Assembly: GCA_029717555.1 (NCBI GenBank)
Contig: JAMDHS010000011.1
Span: 186,001 to 250,000, forward strand
Direction: 5' to 3'
Source of the DNA: Peribolospora baueri
Taxonomy: Eukaryota
Length of the DNA: 64,000 nt
The position numbers and the translations under genes were made by a program. Of the stretch, positions 34,839-46,310 are shown in pieces (the first letter of the stretch is position 1; the number at the start of each line of letters is the position of its first letter). Below the pieces are notes generated by a model, which was not told the DNA's origin, ran no database searches, and saw nothing but the letters and a program-made list of their open reading frames with translations.

Positions 34839-37800
34839 GGCGGCGGCGGCTGGTGGATCGGCGTCATGCCCATACCCGCAAGTCCCTTGGTGAATGGGCT
34901 GCGATGCTGAGAGGAGGCCGCCGCCGCCGCTGCCGTCGAGGCCTCGCCCGCGACGCCCGGGCTGGGGAGAGGGGGGGTGCCGGGACTGCTGGCGTTGCCG
35001 TCGGCGCCGCTGCCCGACGAACTCGGCCTCGAGCTGGCGCGAGACGCGCCGCGAAAGCCGGTGGCAGGGGACAGATGAGGCGATCCGGGCGGCGAGCTGG
35101 CGGCGCTGGCGGGCGCGGACCGACTCGAAGTGGAGTAGTATGGCTGGGCGCCAAAATATCCTCCGCTGGAGCTGTAAGGGTACGCGCTGCCTTCTCCGGG
35201 CGTGATCGGACCGGCCTGCGTGCTGGCGGCGCTGTTCGTGGTTGAATGAGTGAGCGCGGGAGGGGGCAGGTACCGCGGATGGGAGTGGTCGTGAGGGTGG
35301 GGCGCTTGGGCGCCGAGGCCGCCGTCGAGAATGTCTTCGATCCTGGTCCGCTTGCTCGCCATGCCGTCCGATGTCGCCGACGGGCCGTCACTCTGCTTCT
35401 TGCCGTCATCTCCGCTCGAGAGGTGATAAGCGCTGAGGCTGAGGTTGGGGCCGAGACCGCCGGAACCGCTGCTGGCTCTGCGAACGAGCTTGGGGGGACT
35501 CATGCTGTACGGCGTCGTTGTGCCGCTCTTGGTGCCGCTGCGGATCGGTCTGCCGGAGCTGCTAAACTCGGACATGGGCATGATCGTCGGGCTCGTCGCG
35601 TTCGTTGGCGTCGAGCCGCTCAGCTGGGACATGGAGCTAGAGGCGGACAGAAGCGGGTCGGCAGAGCCAGCGCCACGCTCGGCGCTGCGATGGTGGACAT
35701 GGCCGGAATGGTGATGATAGTGGTAGGGCGGGATGCCGTACGGCTGGGACCGATGACGATGGGAGCCGTGGTGGCCGTGGCCGAGGAGGTGGTTCGAGCC
35801 GTCGACGGACGGCGGCGAGGGCCGCTGTTCTCGGACCTGGGATGCATGGCCGTGTCGGAGGTGGGGCAGGTGGACGGGTGAGACGGGCCTGCTGGGCGCC
35901 GGGCTGGTGACGACGCTGTTGGGAGCCGTGTGGCTCGCGAATAGGCTGAGCGTGCGTAACGGGCCGAGGACGGGGCTGCTGCTCGGCGTCCACTGAGGAG
36001 GAGCGTGAGGGTCCGTGGGTGGGTGCCTGCCGTATGGGGCGCCAGGACCGTAAGAGTGGCCGGGCGGCGGGTAGTTGTAGGACAAGTGGCCGTCGCGAGT
36101 GGGGGGCTCGCCGTCGCTGGGATACTCGTCGCTGACGATGCTGCTGCTGGGGGAGAAGCGAGGGGAGTGTTCGGCCGAGCTGGGATACGCCGACGAAGGG
36201 TTGCTCGAGTACGGGTAGCTCGAAGCGAGGCTGGCGGGCACGCCGGGAGGGTGTGGGTAGGGGGCGTAGTGCTGACGGTGCATGCGGCTGTAGGTGTGAT
36301 GGGGACCGCCGGGGGCTGCGGCGGAGACATCGTGGGAATACCGGACCAGGTCGTCGTGGCTCTCGCTGCGATGGGATGGGCGATGGGCGGGCGGGTAAGG
36401 GGCGAGGTGAGCGCCGGGAGGGGCCCGACGCTGGAGTAGCGCATGAATCTTGCTGTTGTACTTGTGCATGCAGTCCTCGTGACCGCACGTCGGAGGCGTC
36501 GCCGAGCCGGCGAGCGCGTCCGGGGGCGGGACCATGTGGGCGTGGGGCGAGGTGGCGGGGGTGGAGTAGCCGGAGTGATAGCCCGGCGGCGGCGGGTAGA
36601 AGGGGGCGTGATGATAGGGGGCGCCAACATCGAGAGGGTGGTGACCGGGACGACCGAAGGCGTCAGGTGGGGTCGACCGCCTTGACCTGCCCTCCTTCTC
36701 GGCGCGCTCAAGCTCATACAGCTCGTCCGCGGCGGCCTTTGCGAGGGCGGACATCTCGCTGCGCGTCGCGGCGGCGTCCGGGTGAATCTCGTTTCGAGAG
36801 GCGTCGATGTCCTGGGAAGGAGAGAAGGGGGAGCGGTGGTGAGCATGCGCGGCAAGGACGAAATAGAGTTGCGACGCGGGACCATCTCCAGGCTGAATGC
36901 CGTCGACACGACGACGGAGGCCGGGAGGGACGGAAGGAAAGGAAGAGGAAGGGAAGGAAGAGGAAGGGAAGGAAGAGGAAGGGAAGGGCCGGAAGAGACA
37001 AGAGAGGAAATGTTGGAAATGGAAATGGAAATGGAAATGGAAATAAAATAAAGAAGCGACAGACGGCAGCGCGGCTAAACGAGCGCAACCAAAGCCTCGC
37101 CACCTGGCATCTCGTCACCGCGCCCGTGTCGACGCCGCGGCAAGGAGAGAGAGAAAAGAAAGAAAGGGGACAAGATCGGGCGAACCCCGCATCGGAGACG
37201 ACAGCCGCCTTTCTCCGCGCTGAGGGACCCCAGGAAAGACCCCAGAAATGCCGCGTCCTCGATTCCAGTCCAACATCGGCAGGAAGCGCAATGAAACTTG
37301 TCAAGAAAGACAAGGCAAGAAGAGCGGGAGGGCGAGAAAAGGAACCGAAACCGAGGGGACGGGAAACGAGTGGTGGCTGGTCGGACCGAAGCAAATCGAA
37401 TCGAAGAAAAAAAAGCGAAAACTCACCTCGTCATACTCGTGCTGCTGCTCGTGCTGTTGCTTCGTCTTGTGGTGACCACTCCCTCCGCCCGTCGTCGGTG
37501 TCGAGGACGACGACAGGGCCTGCTGAGCGCCTCCGCCCGCTCCTCCTCCGTCGCCGCCACCAGCGCCACCGCCGCCGCCGTGCTGCTGCTGCTGCTGCTG
37601 CTGATGCGCCGCCGCCCCGCGACCCTTCCTGGGGTTGCTGTGGATGCGCACGTGTCTCGTCAGCTCGTCAGACCTGCTGAACCGCTTGTCGCAGCCCGGG
37701 TGACTGCACACATGTGGCTTCTCGCCCGTGTGTGTGCGAATGTGGCGCGTCTGGTGCTCGAGCCGGTAGAAGGCGCGCGAGCACAGCGGACACTTGTATG

Positions 37801-37897
37801 GCCGCGGGATCTGCGACTTGTCGAGCGGCAGCAGGTCTGACGAGGTCAGATTGGGGTGCGACGGCGACGCGCCGTCATCGCTGGCCGGATGGGACAT
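34418..37897 (-). CDS. cre1: CreA/Mig1-type C2H2 carbon catabolite repressor (2 coding exons)
   Basis: [56 protein letters not shown] is the CreA/Mig1 finger pair. Intron 37426-36812 (GTGAGT..CAG) joins it in frame to the 34418..36754 ORF (SHTAPNS, LPP motifs). Confidence 0.88.
36931..37044. repeat. Intronic simple repeats: 15-mer (GGAAGAGGAAGGGAA)x3 and (GGAAAT)x5
   Basis: Directly visible at ~36941-36985 and ~37015-37044. Confidence 0.85.
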
Positions 37898-40800
37898 GGC
37901 GGGCTGGTGGGTGACGAAGCGAGGAGTGAATGGGGTGGATGGATGGAGAGGAAGGGTAGGACGGGTGGATGGCGGAACTAGACAAGGTGCGTCGCTGCGA
38001 ATGGAGCCAAATGGAGAGGGAAGAGGATGTGAGAAAAGCGAACCTATAAGGGTTGGGATTCGGTGGCGACGGAGGCGGGGAGCAGTCGAGGAGATGAATG
38101 GGAGAAGAGAGAAGCGGAGGGAGGGAGGGAGGGAGAAAGAAAGGAAAGGTTTTGTTTTATGGAAGGGAGGAATGGATGGATGGGATGGGTGGATGGAGGA
38201 GCGAGAGACGCGTGCGGGGTGACGTGGGGAAGGGGAAGGGGCGGTGAAGGCGGGCGACGAGAAAAACCAAGGCAGGGTGCGCGTGAAAAAAAGGGGGAAA
38301 AGGGATAAGGGAAAAGGGAGTGGTCGGAAAGACAAGGAAAGACAAAGAAATACTAAGACAAAGACAAAAGGAAGGAATGGGGACGGCCACCGCCAGCCCG
38401 GCCTTGGCTGGCAGGCTGACTTATCGGGCGTGCCGTGCCTGGCGACGCGAGGGTCGAGGCGCGGGGTAGGCGGTGCGCGGCCAAGTCGGGAAGGGAGGAG
38501 GGGCGGAGGAAGCGCGTGGAGGGACGCGTGGGCGGAGAGGTGTGTGGCTTCGGGCGATGACAAGATGGGAGGGAGAAAGGGACGAAGGAAGGAAGAGTGG
38601 GATGGGATGGGATGGGATGGGATCTCCAAGGTGGGGTAGGGGCCCCGAGACAGGCTGCCAAGGCGGACAGCGGCAATGAAGAAGAAGGGAGATAAGCGCG
38701 GGCGGGAAGAGAGGACAGGGGAAAATGAGGGCGGGAGGAGAGGAAGAGCGGATAAAATGAAATGTGCGTGACGAAGGATCGACGACGAGGTGGATACGGA
38801 AAGGGATGGGGAGTTGGGGGACGGGACGGGACGGGACGCTCGATCGGCGGCGCCAGCCTAAGAGAGAGCGACAACGAGAGCGACAAACTGTCTACGGACA
38901 GACAGACGGACGGAGACGGAGAGAGAGACGCACCTTGCAGCAAGTAACCTCCCAACGACGGCAATCCGTGGTCAGATGTTAATGTCAGATCGGCCAAAGG
39001 CGGAGGAGATAAGGCGGAGTTGTGGCGCCGAATGGGCGTTTGACTGGGGTCAAGTCAGCTGAGCGGAGCGGGCCGAGTGGATGGGTGGAAGGGATAGATG
39101 GGGATGGCGAAAGGGACAACAAAGAAAGGAGTGGCCGACAGGTTCGGCCCGACAGCCGAAGGTAGACAGATAGACAGACAGACGAGACAGGTAGCCGGAC
39201 AGAAAGATAGGCAGATACAGTCGCGCCACCGAAGCAGGTGTGTGGAGCGCGCCGCGGTCGTGAGAAGATAGCGAGCAGACGGACGGATGGACGGGCGGGC
39301 GGACGGGAAGACGTGGCAGATTGTGGATGGGACGAGGTTGGGTAGCGGCGGTTGGATGGCGGTTGGACGACGGAGGGGGTGAAGACATCCCCGAAAAGAA
39401 AGTACAACAGCAACGACGTGAGAAAGGCGAACGATGATTCCATTGGAGCACGCACAAACGCCATCCGCTCCGCGCCCGCCCACTCATTCACTCACCTTGA
39501 ATCGATCGATGATTCCCCCTTCTTCTTCCCTCGCCAACCCTGACTGGCAGCGAGTCCGTTCGACGCGAGGCGAGGCGAGACGGGGCGAGCTCAAGGCGAG
39601 CCGGTAAAACGTTCGGCCGGGCGGGCGGCCTTGGATAGATTGGTGAGGGGGCGAAAGAGATAGGAGTCGGGGTGGTGTCTGGTGGGAGAAGCAGCGTGAC
39701 GCAGGCGGGGAGGGTGGCGTCGGAGAGAGAAGAGATGGGTGGTGGTAGCGGGAGGAAGAGGGTGGAGGGAAAGCAGAGTACGGTGGAAAGAAAGGAGGAG
39801 GGAAGGGGGGGCCCTGCGGGGTAAGAGGGGGTCGGGCTCAGGTTTCGCGTCCGTGTGGTGTAGTCCGAGACGACGTCCGGGTACGGGTACGGGTAACGGG
39901 CCTGTCGCTCCGGCCGGTCTTTCCATGTCTTTCTTTCTTTCTTTCCTCCTTTTTTTTTTTTCCTTTCCTTTCCTTCGGCCGGCGACCTCGCCCTCGTTCC
40001 AACGGCAAAGAGGCGGGAGAAGAAGAAGGGGGAAAGAACAGGAAAGGACGTGGGGAATGGAAGCGAGGGCCGGTGACAAGACAAGGAAGACTGTGCTTCC
40101 GCTCGCGTCTCAGTCGCCCTCCGACGACGGCGTCTGTCTCTTCCGTCTCTTGTTCTTCTGTTAATCCATCTGTCCGGACGGTTAGCTCTGGTATATTCGA
40201 GTGTGCGCTCCTCTACACGCTGCACACGAGCCACCGCATCCATCATCGGCGAGTGTGTCGCCGTCGCCGTCGTCGTTGTCGATCAGATCTAGCCGACCGA
40301 CAAGCAAACCCGGCGATCACGTCCTGTCCACGTTCTCCAGTCTCTCTCTCTCTTTGCGCGTGCGTTCCTCGCCTCCATTCGACCCCGCTCGCCCGTTCGC
40401 CCGCTCGTTCGCCCGCCTCCACCCGCACTCGTCTGTTTTAAAACACCTTCCCTCGTCCCTGTCTCAATCCGGCCTAACCTGTCCCGAGCGGCGAGCGAGC
40501 GCGACCAAACGAGGCGCACGGCAAGAGGCACATGCAATGCATTCCCAAGATCAAATCCGATCGCGATCCGTCGCCCTCCTTCTCCTCCGCCGGCCACACC
40601 CGAACCCGGTCCTGCCCGGCTGTCGCCCGCCCCCTCCGGGTCCCCATCTCCTCCCGCCTCTTCCTTATCTCGCCTCCATCTCCCCCGGAAGCCCGGTGAG
40701 GTGACAGGAGCCGTAGTCGTCTTATTAGTCCGTCAGGGTTGTACATAGTGTATGGGATGTGTGTACAACTGCGCTTTCTTGCCCATCACCCAAACCTAAT

Positions 40801-43223
40801 AAAAGCAACCTATAAGCACCGCGCGGATCCGCCCCAAGTGCAGTGCGTGAAGGACATGCTTGCTGTGCGTGGGCTGGCTGGTTAACCGAGCGACGTGCCG
40901 TGCGTTCGCCAGGCCAGCCAGCCGGAGTCGGCCCTTGTTATCCGCCGCTTGAGTCCGCGATTTCGGCCGCGACCTACTTGCCGGGACGATGATGATGACG
41001 GGGCGGACGGACGGACGGCGGGCCCGCCGGGCCACCTCGCCTTGAACCATCCGTCTCTCTCGTCGCGCAGCCGAGTCGGGAAATCAATCCATCTACCCGC
41101 CGAGTCTCCCGGGCGAAAAGAGCCGTTGGTTTTCCGTCGGTCGGCACACAGCGGCACGTCGTTGTCCGTCCAAGGCGCGAGCGACGGCGCGTCTCCAGAA
41201 TCGGTACGGCGTAAATGAAGCACGTCAGCTTTCTCCGAGCGTCGCTGTGTTAGGACGGACGTCTGCAACTGCAACGGTCCACCCCCAGTGCCTCCTCTCG
41301 TCGTCGTTCCCCCTCGAGAGGCGAGAGATAGAAGTACACGGCACATAGTACGATGACACGTCGGCCATGTTTGCGCCCCGCGCGAGAACGCAGACGATAA
41401 GCGCTCGGGGCACGGTATTTTTCGACGCCGACGCCGAGTGGACGTGTCCAATAGCATAGCATAGCATGTACATAGATACGCGCACGTAAATGCGGACATA
41501 CACTCGCTCGTTTGCGCGTGCTTGCGCGCGCGGATGCCGAACCGAGCAGGCAAGCAAACGAATGCCTCGCTCGACTCGGCTTTGTCCCGTCCCCCCGTCT
41601 CGGAAATCTCAGCGGTCCAACCGGGTTGCCCCCACCCCGCCCGGAGTTGGACTGGATGGGTTGGTGCCCCACCCGGACGTCGGGGCCTTGGCGCCCAGCG
41701 GCCGGCCGCGCAAGAGGGCTTGATCAGGAAGAGCGCCAGCCGTTGACCGGGGCCCCGAGGAGAGTCGTAGTCGTGCATTCGAGGACACGGCATGATGATG
41801 ACATACTGGGTGCCATCATGCCATACATACATCGGACGCGGCCGGCTTTCCGAGCTCTCCTCCATCCCGACTTGCCCGAGCCCGACGGTATTGAAACGGA
41901 TGGTCTCTCGCTCTCCATTTGTCTCTCCCGCCCCCTTGCCCTTCCTTCCTTCCTTCCTTCCTTGTCCCGCTTCAGGGCCCTCCCTCACAAAGGCAAGGTT
42001 TCGCGCGTCCATCGCATGTGGGAGCGGGAACGACCGTCTGAGTTGCACCCTTTCGCTATATCGCGCGGAGGAACTCGGGGGTTGCATGAACATATGTATG
42101 TATGTGCAGAATGGGGAGCTCGCCCGCGCCCGCGCCCGCACCCGCGCCCGCGCCGCTCTTCCTTCCCTTCGATCTTCGAGCGATGACCGCGGCCATGTCA
42201 GCCAGCCGGAGTGGGTTTCGTTCCGACGACGTTCACACCCACCCCCTACGCACATCCATCGACTCGGGCTAAACCCACACGGCTTTTAGCTAGGCGCTCC
42301 ATCCAACCCTGCACTTAACTTAGGCTGCCGCGCCGCTTCCATGGCGCTCACTCGGCTGCACGCCATGCCGCCCATCACCGATCACGGAGCTCCACACTCG
42401 GCTTCACCTCGTCCCCTCCCCCGCCCGCCCTCGCCGGCTACCATCCGGTCGCTCCGGTCCGGGTACTGGAATCATCCCTCCGGCAATGACCGGCGCGGTC
42501 GCACGAACAAGCCAGTCCACTCTGTCTCTGTCTCTGTCTATCCGTCCTTCCGACGGTCTGTAGATAGGTTCGGCGCACACGCAAGAAGGCACGCGGGGCG
42601 CTCCGAGCTGGCTCGCTAGCTTAGCTCGGACATGTCGTGGACGCTATCATCGACCGACGCGGGCGGGCTCCAACTCGCTCGCGTCGGTCGTGCTCGTCAT
42701 CGGCGCGCACGCGCCCTGCTCGAGGACGAAGAAGAAGAAGAAGAAGAAGAAGAAGGTTATGCGCTCCTTACGTCGCTTCGGACCGCGCAGACGCTACCGT
42801 AACCCGCGCGCGTACCATCCTTTTGCCGCCTCGGTCGAGCTTGAGTTTCGTCGGAGCGCTCTTCTCCGTCGCCCGGCGCCGGTCTCTCCTTTGCGGAGCA
42901 GAGGTGCGTGACATGATGACGCCTATCACAGCTTTGGATCGTCTTTCCCACGCACGACCTCCCGCGCGGCCGCCGTCGTCGATACGTCCACCCCCACCAC
43001 CGCCGCGCCACGAGCGCACGTTGCGGCGGCGGCAGCACGTGTCTATCACACCGCCAAGCGACCCCACCAAATCGTGTTCGTGTAGCCTCAGCCCCGAGGA
43101 GGTGAATCAAGCGTTCGCGGTACCTAGGATGTGCCCCCCTTCGCTTTACTCTCGAAACGAATCACGCTCAAAAATAAAACAAAGCACGTTGCCCTAGGTA
43201 CACCTCTTACCCGGCCCGCGCCT

Positions 43224-45571
43224 TCACTTGCCCACCCTCCCTCGGCCACGTCCTCTTCCGCGCGCTTTCGACCTTCCCCGTCCCTTCTGTCGTCGAGCGA
43301 TTGCGGTCGTTCAAAGCGGTGGTTGGAAATCAGATATCAAGGATGGAAGAAAGAGAGATGTCAAGGAAAGCGACGTCAGTGCGAAAAAAAAAAACCAGGA
43401 GGGCGGGTAAGATGCAGACCGGTGGGAGCGATGAAACGTGGCTCACCTCGGCGGCTCGACGAGCCTTGCACTCGTCGCACACCCACGAGCCCTTCGGGGG
43501 TGCTGTGAGACCGACGCAGCCAAGGTGGAACTTTTCGGTGCAAGTGCAAGGTCAGAACGAGGGAGAAAGAGAGAAGCGTCAATGGAGAAAGGACGACGAC
43601 GCGAAGAAAAAAAAAAAAGAAAGAAAGGAGGCGCAAACGACTCACCCACTCCCTCTCGCACTCCTCGTCATCGCACCCGATCATATCCCCGTAGCTCACG
43701 TTCTGGCAAACGCAGTACGTCCGCTCGTCCGCATCTCCCTCCCCCTCCCCTCCCACCGTCATCTCGGCGGCTACTCCTGACACCGCCGCGTCTCCGCCGG
43801 CCTTTGCGCTCGAACCGGCCTTGCCTCCGTTCCTGCTTCCTCCTCCGCCGTTGCCAGAAGGCGAAGAAGAAGCCCCCCTTCCACCTCCAGCCGAGTTGAC
43901 GGTCAAGCCACTACCGACAGCACTACCAGCACTCAAAGCTCCCAACCGGGACGCGGCGCCTGAAGCCGCGGCCGCAGCGGCGCTCGCAGAGCTGGGCGAT
44001 GGCACCGGAGGGGTGGCCCGCAGCAGGTTCGGGTTCGACGAGGCCGAAGCGGTGAGGTGCGCTGACACGCCTCCGGCGTGCTTCGTCGTCGCGCCGTATG
44101 AGTGGCCGCTGTTGTGGTCGCTCGCATCGCCGCGCACCCCTTGCACGGTGGCCGAAGCGGACCTATGAGCATTTGCACCTCCCCCCTCTTCGTCATCGCC
44201 ATCCTCCCCTCCGTCGGCGCCTCTTTTGGAAGGGACAGAAGTAGCCGTCCCGACCGGCCGTCTTCCCCTGCCCGAGACGCTCCTCCCTCCCCCTTCCCCA
44301 TCTGCAGCAGCGCGTCGCGACGCCGAGGACACCTCCGAGCCTGCACGATCGTTCTGTCCCGCAACGCCAGACAACAGAGGCGTTTCGTCCTCCAAGTCTT
44401 TCTGTCGCCCGTTGGCGCTCGCGTTCGGGCGCGCCGGCGAGGCGTGCTGTCCTCGGCGAGACGTCGTGCCATGCGGGGTCGATTGGCGGTTCGCGGCTGT
44501 GGACGTGTTGGCTCTACAATGAGAGCGCAAGGGGAAGAGCCAGAAACGACGAGTGAGCGAGAGGAGAGAACAAGCTGGGATGCTGGACGGACGGCGGGTG
44601 GGAAGAATGGACACACCCTTTCTTTCTTCCTCCTCCTCCCCCTTCCTCTTCCTTGCCCCTAGCCTTGTCAGTGACCCTCCTCTTCTTCTGCGGCGTCGTC
44701 CCTGGCCCACCGTCCCTCCTCCTCTCCGCAGCACTCGTGATCGGCTGCACGGCCGCCCCGTTGGGCACGGCAGCGACACGGCGGCGCTTGCCCATAGCCG
44801 ATGAGCTCCCTGTAGCGTCCGCGTTGCCGTTCGCTCTGGAAGGGTAGCCCTGTCCGCGACCGACACGGTGGGTGATGACAGACGGTTTTAGGTATGGTCT
44901 TAGGAGCGGGATGGCGGCTAGGGTTTCTTGTAGCGCGTTCAGGTGGTCGGTATGAGAGATGATCTGAGGAGGGGGACGGATGTTAAAAGTCCTAGTGAGA
45001 TCAAAAAGTTTCACTGGGACAACATGTACGACAAGCAAGCTGCAAGATATCTCGCGCGGCCTTCGACGCGAGTACGCTCAGCTCGCCCGCTCAAACGTGG
45101 CGACGGACGGCGGGTGTCAGGCTATTCATTCACAGACGACCCACCGTTTCGCAAGTGTTGGTAGCCACTCTAATCTTGTCCTCCCCGCCCATCTTGTATG
45201 CCGTAGCTTCTTGTGCGACTGCCTGGAGCGCCATGAGCCTTTCTGCGGGCGAGACGGAGGGTTCCTCGACGAGCGCGGTGAGGTGGCCCAGCTTGACGGC
45301 GATGGAGTGGAGGTGGGCTGGCGCAAGAGAGTTAGAATAAGCACACGACGCCTGAACGCAGGGAAGGCCATGTTCGTCCGGCCTGCGACGCACCTCCCAA
45401 GACGGCATCCAGCTCTCTCAGATCGCTCACGCTCCGGGTCAGATCGAGGGGAAGAGCGTCGAGGGCGTCGGCGTAGGCGGAGACGGTGGTGTAAAGGTGC
45501 GGGGGGGCGACTTGGTCGGTCTCTGCGAGACGACCCTGACCGCCGTTCGGGGCCAGGTGTGGGTGCGCCAT
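43224..45571 (-). CDS. ING-family chromatin protein (Pho23/Yng-like; ING N-terminal domain + PHD finger), ~6 exons
   Basis: N-terminal YADALDALPLDLTRSVSDLRELD...EDKIRVA and PHD YCVCQNVSYGDMIGCDDEECEREW|FHLGCVGLTAPPKGSWVCDEC. The inferred last exon is KGRGRSKARGRGRGRGRVGK*. Confidence 0.88.
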
Positions 45572-46310
45572 GGTCGCTGGATGAGGAGTCGATTCGAGCC
45601 GAGTGTTCGTAAGATGAAGCGAGGTGAAAAGGACGGGGGGCATAAGGGAAGGCTTGCGGTTGGACGCGATCCAGCGCCGGCACGTGACCGTCGAACGGGG
45701 TCCTGCGTCGTGCCTCCTCCAAGCCCCTCTCTGGAGATGAACGGAAGAAGAGAGGGAAGCGAACCAAAGACGACGGCGACCACGACCACGACCACGACGG
45801 CGGCGGCGACGACGACCACGACGACGGCAAGCAGAGGAGAGGACAAGGACAACAAGGTGTCACTCCTCCTCGACCACCCGCCTCCGCTCTACAACGTTCG
45901 TATACAGTGCGACGTAAGTATCGGGTCGAGTCGCTCAACCACGCCTTGCTCGCTCTCGACTGCCGTCGGAGATCACGCCGGCCAGCACTACGCAACGTCT
46001 TCTCCGCCCCCTTCACTGTCCTCGTCGCACATGCACACCCGCTCTGCAGCTACCCTTGCACTTGCATTCAGGCCTCGATACCCACCCGTCCCGCTCAGCC
46101 CTCGATAACCCTCCACCTCGCGCCTCAACGCCGTACCTCCTCGGCCTATACCTCCTCTGCACCTCAATACCCTCGGCCCACATTGACCGCCCTCCTTGGC
46201 GCCCACCCGATCTCCTGCTTTTCTTACAGTAACACGTGGTCCAGGAATTTCTTTTTCAATTTCCACGCCTTCGACGATCGCTTCCACTCTGGCAGGTTTC
46301 CGCTCTCAAC

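Noticed and set aside
40882..42255. 457-aa minus-strand ORF upstream of cre1
   Set aside because: Non-ATG start, runs through simple repeats, and has Arg/Gly-biased composition typical of spurious GC-rich ORFs.
43447..43530. Apparent frameshift in the ING PHD finger
   Set aside because: Recounting the G5 run (43496-43500) shows FHLGCVGLTAPPKGSWVCDEC is in frame after the intron.
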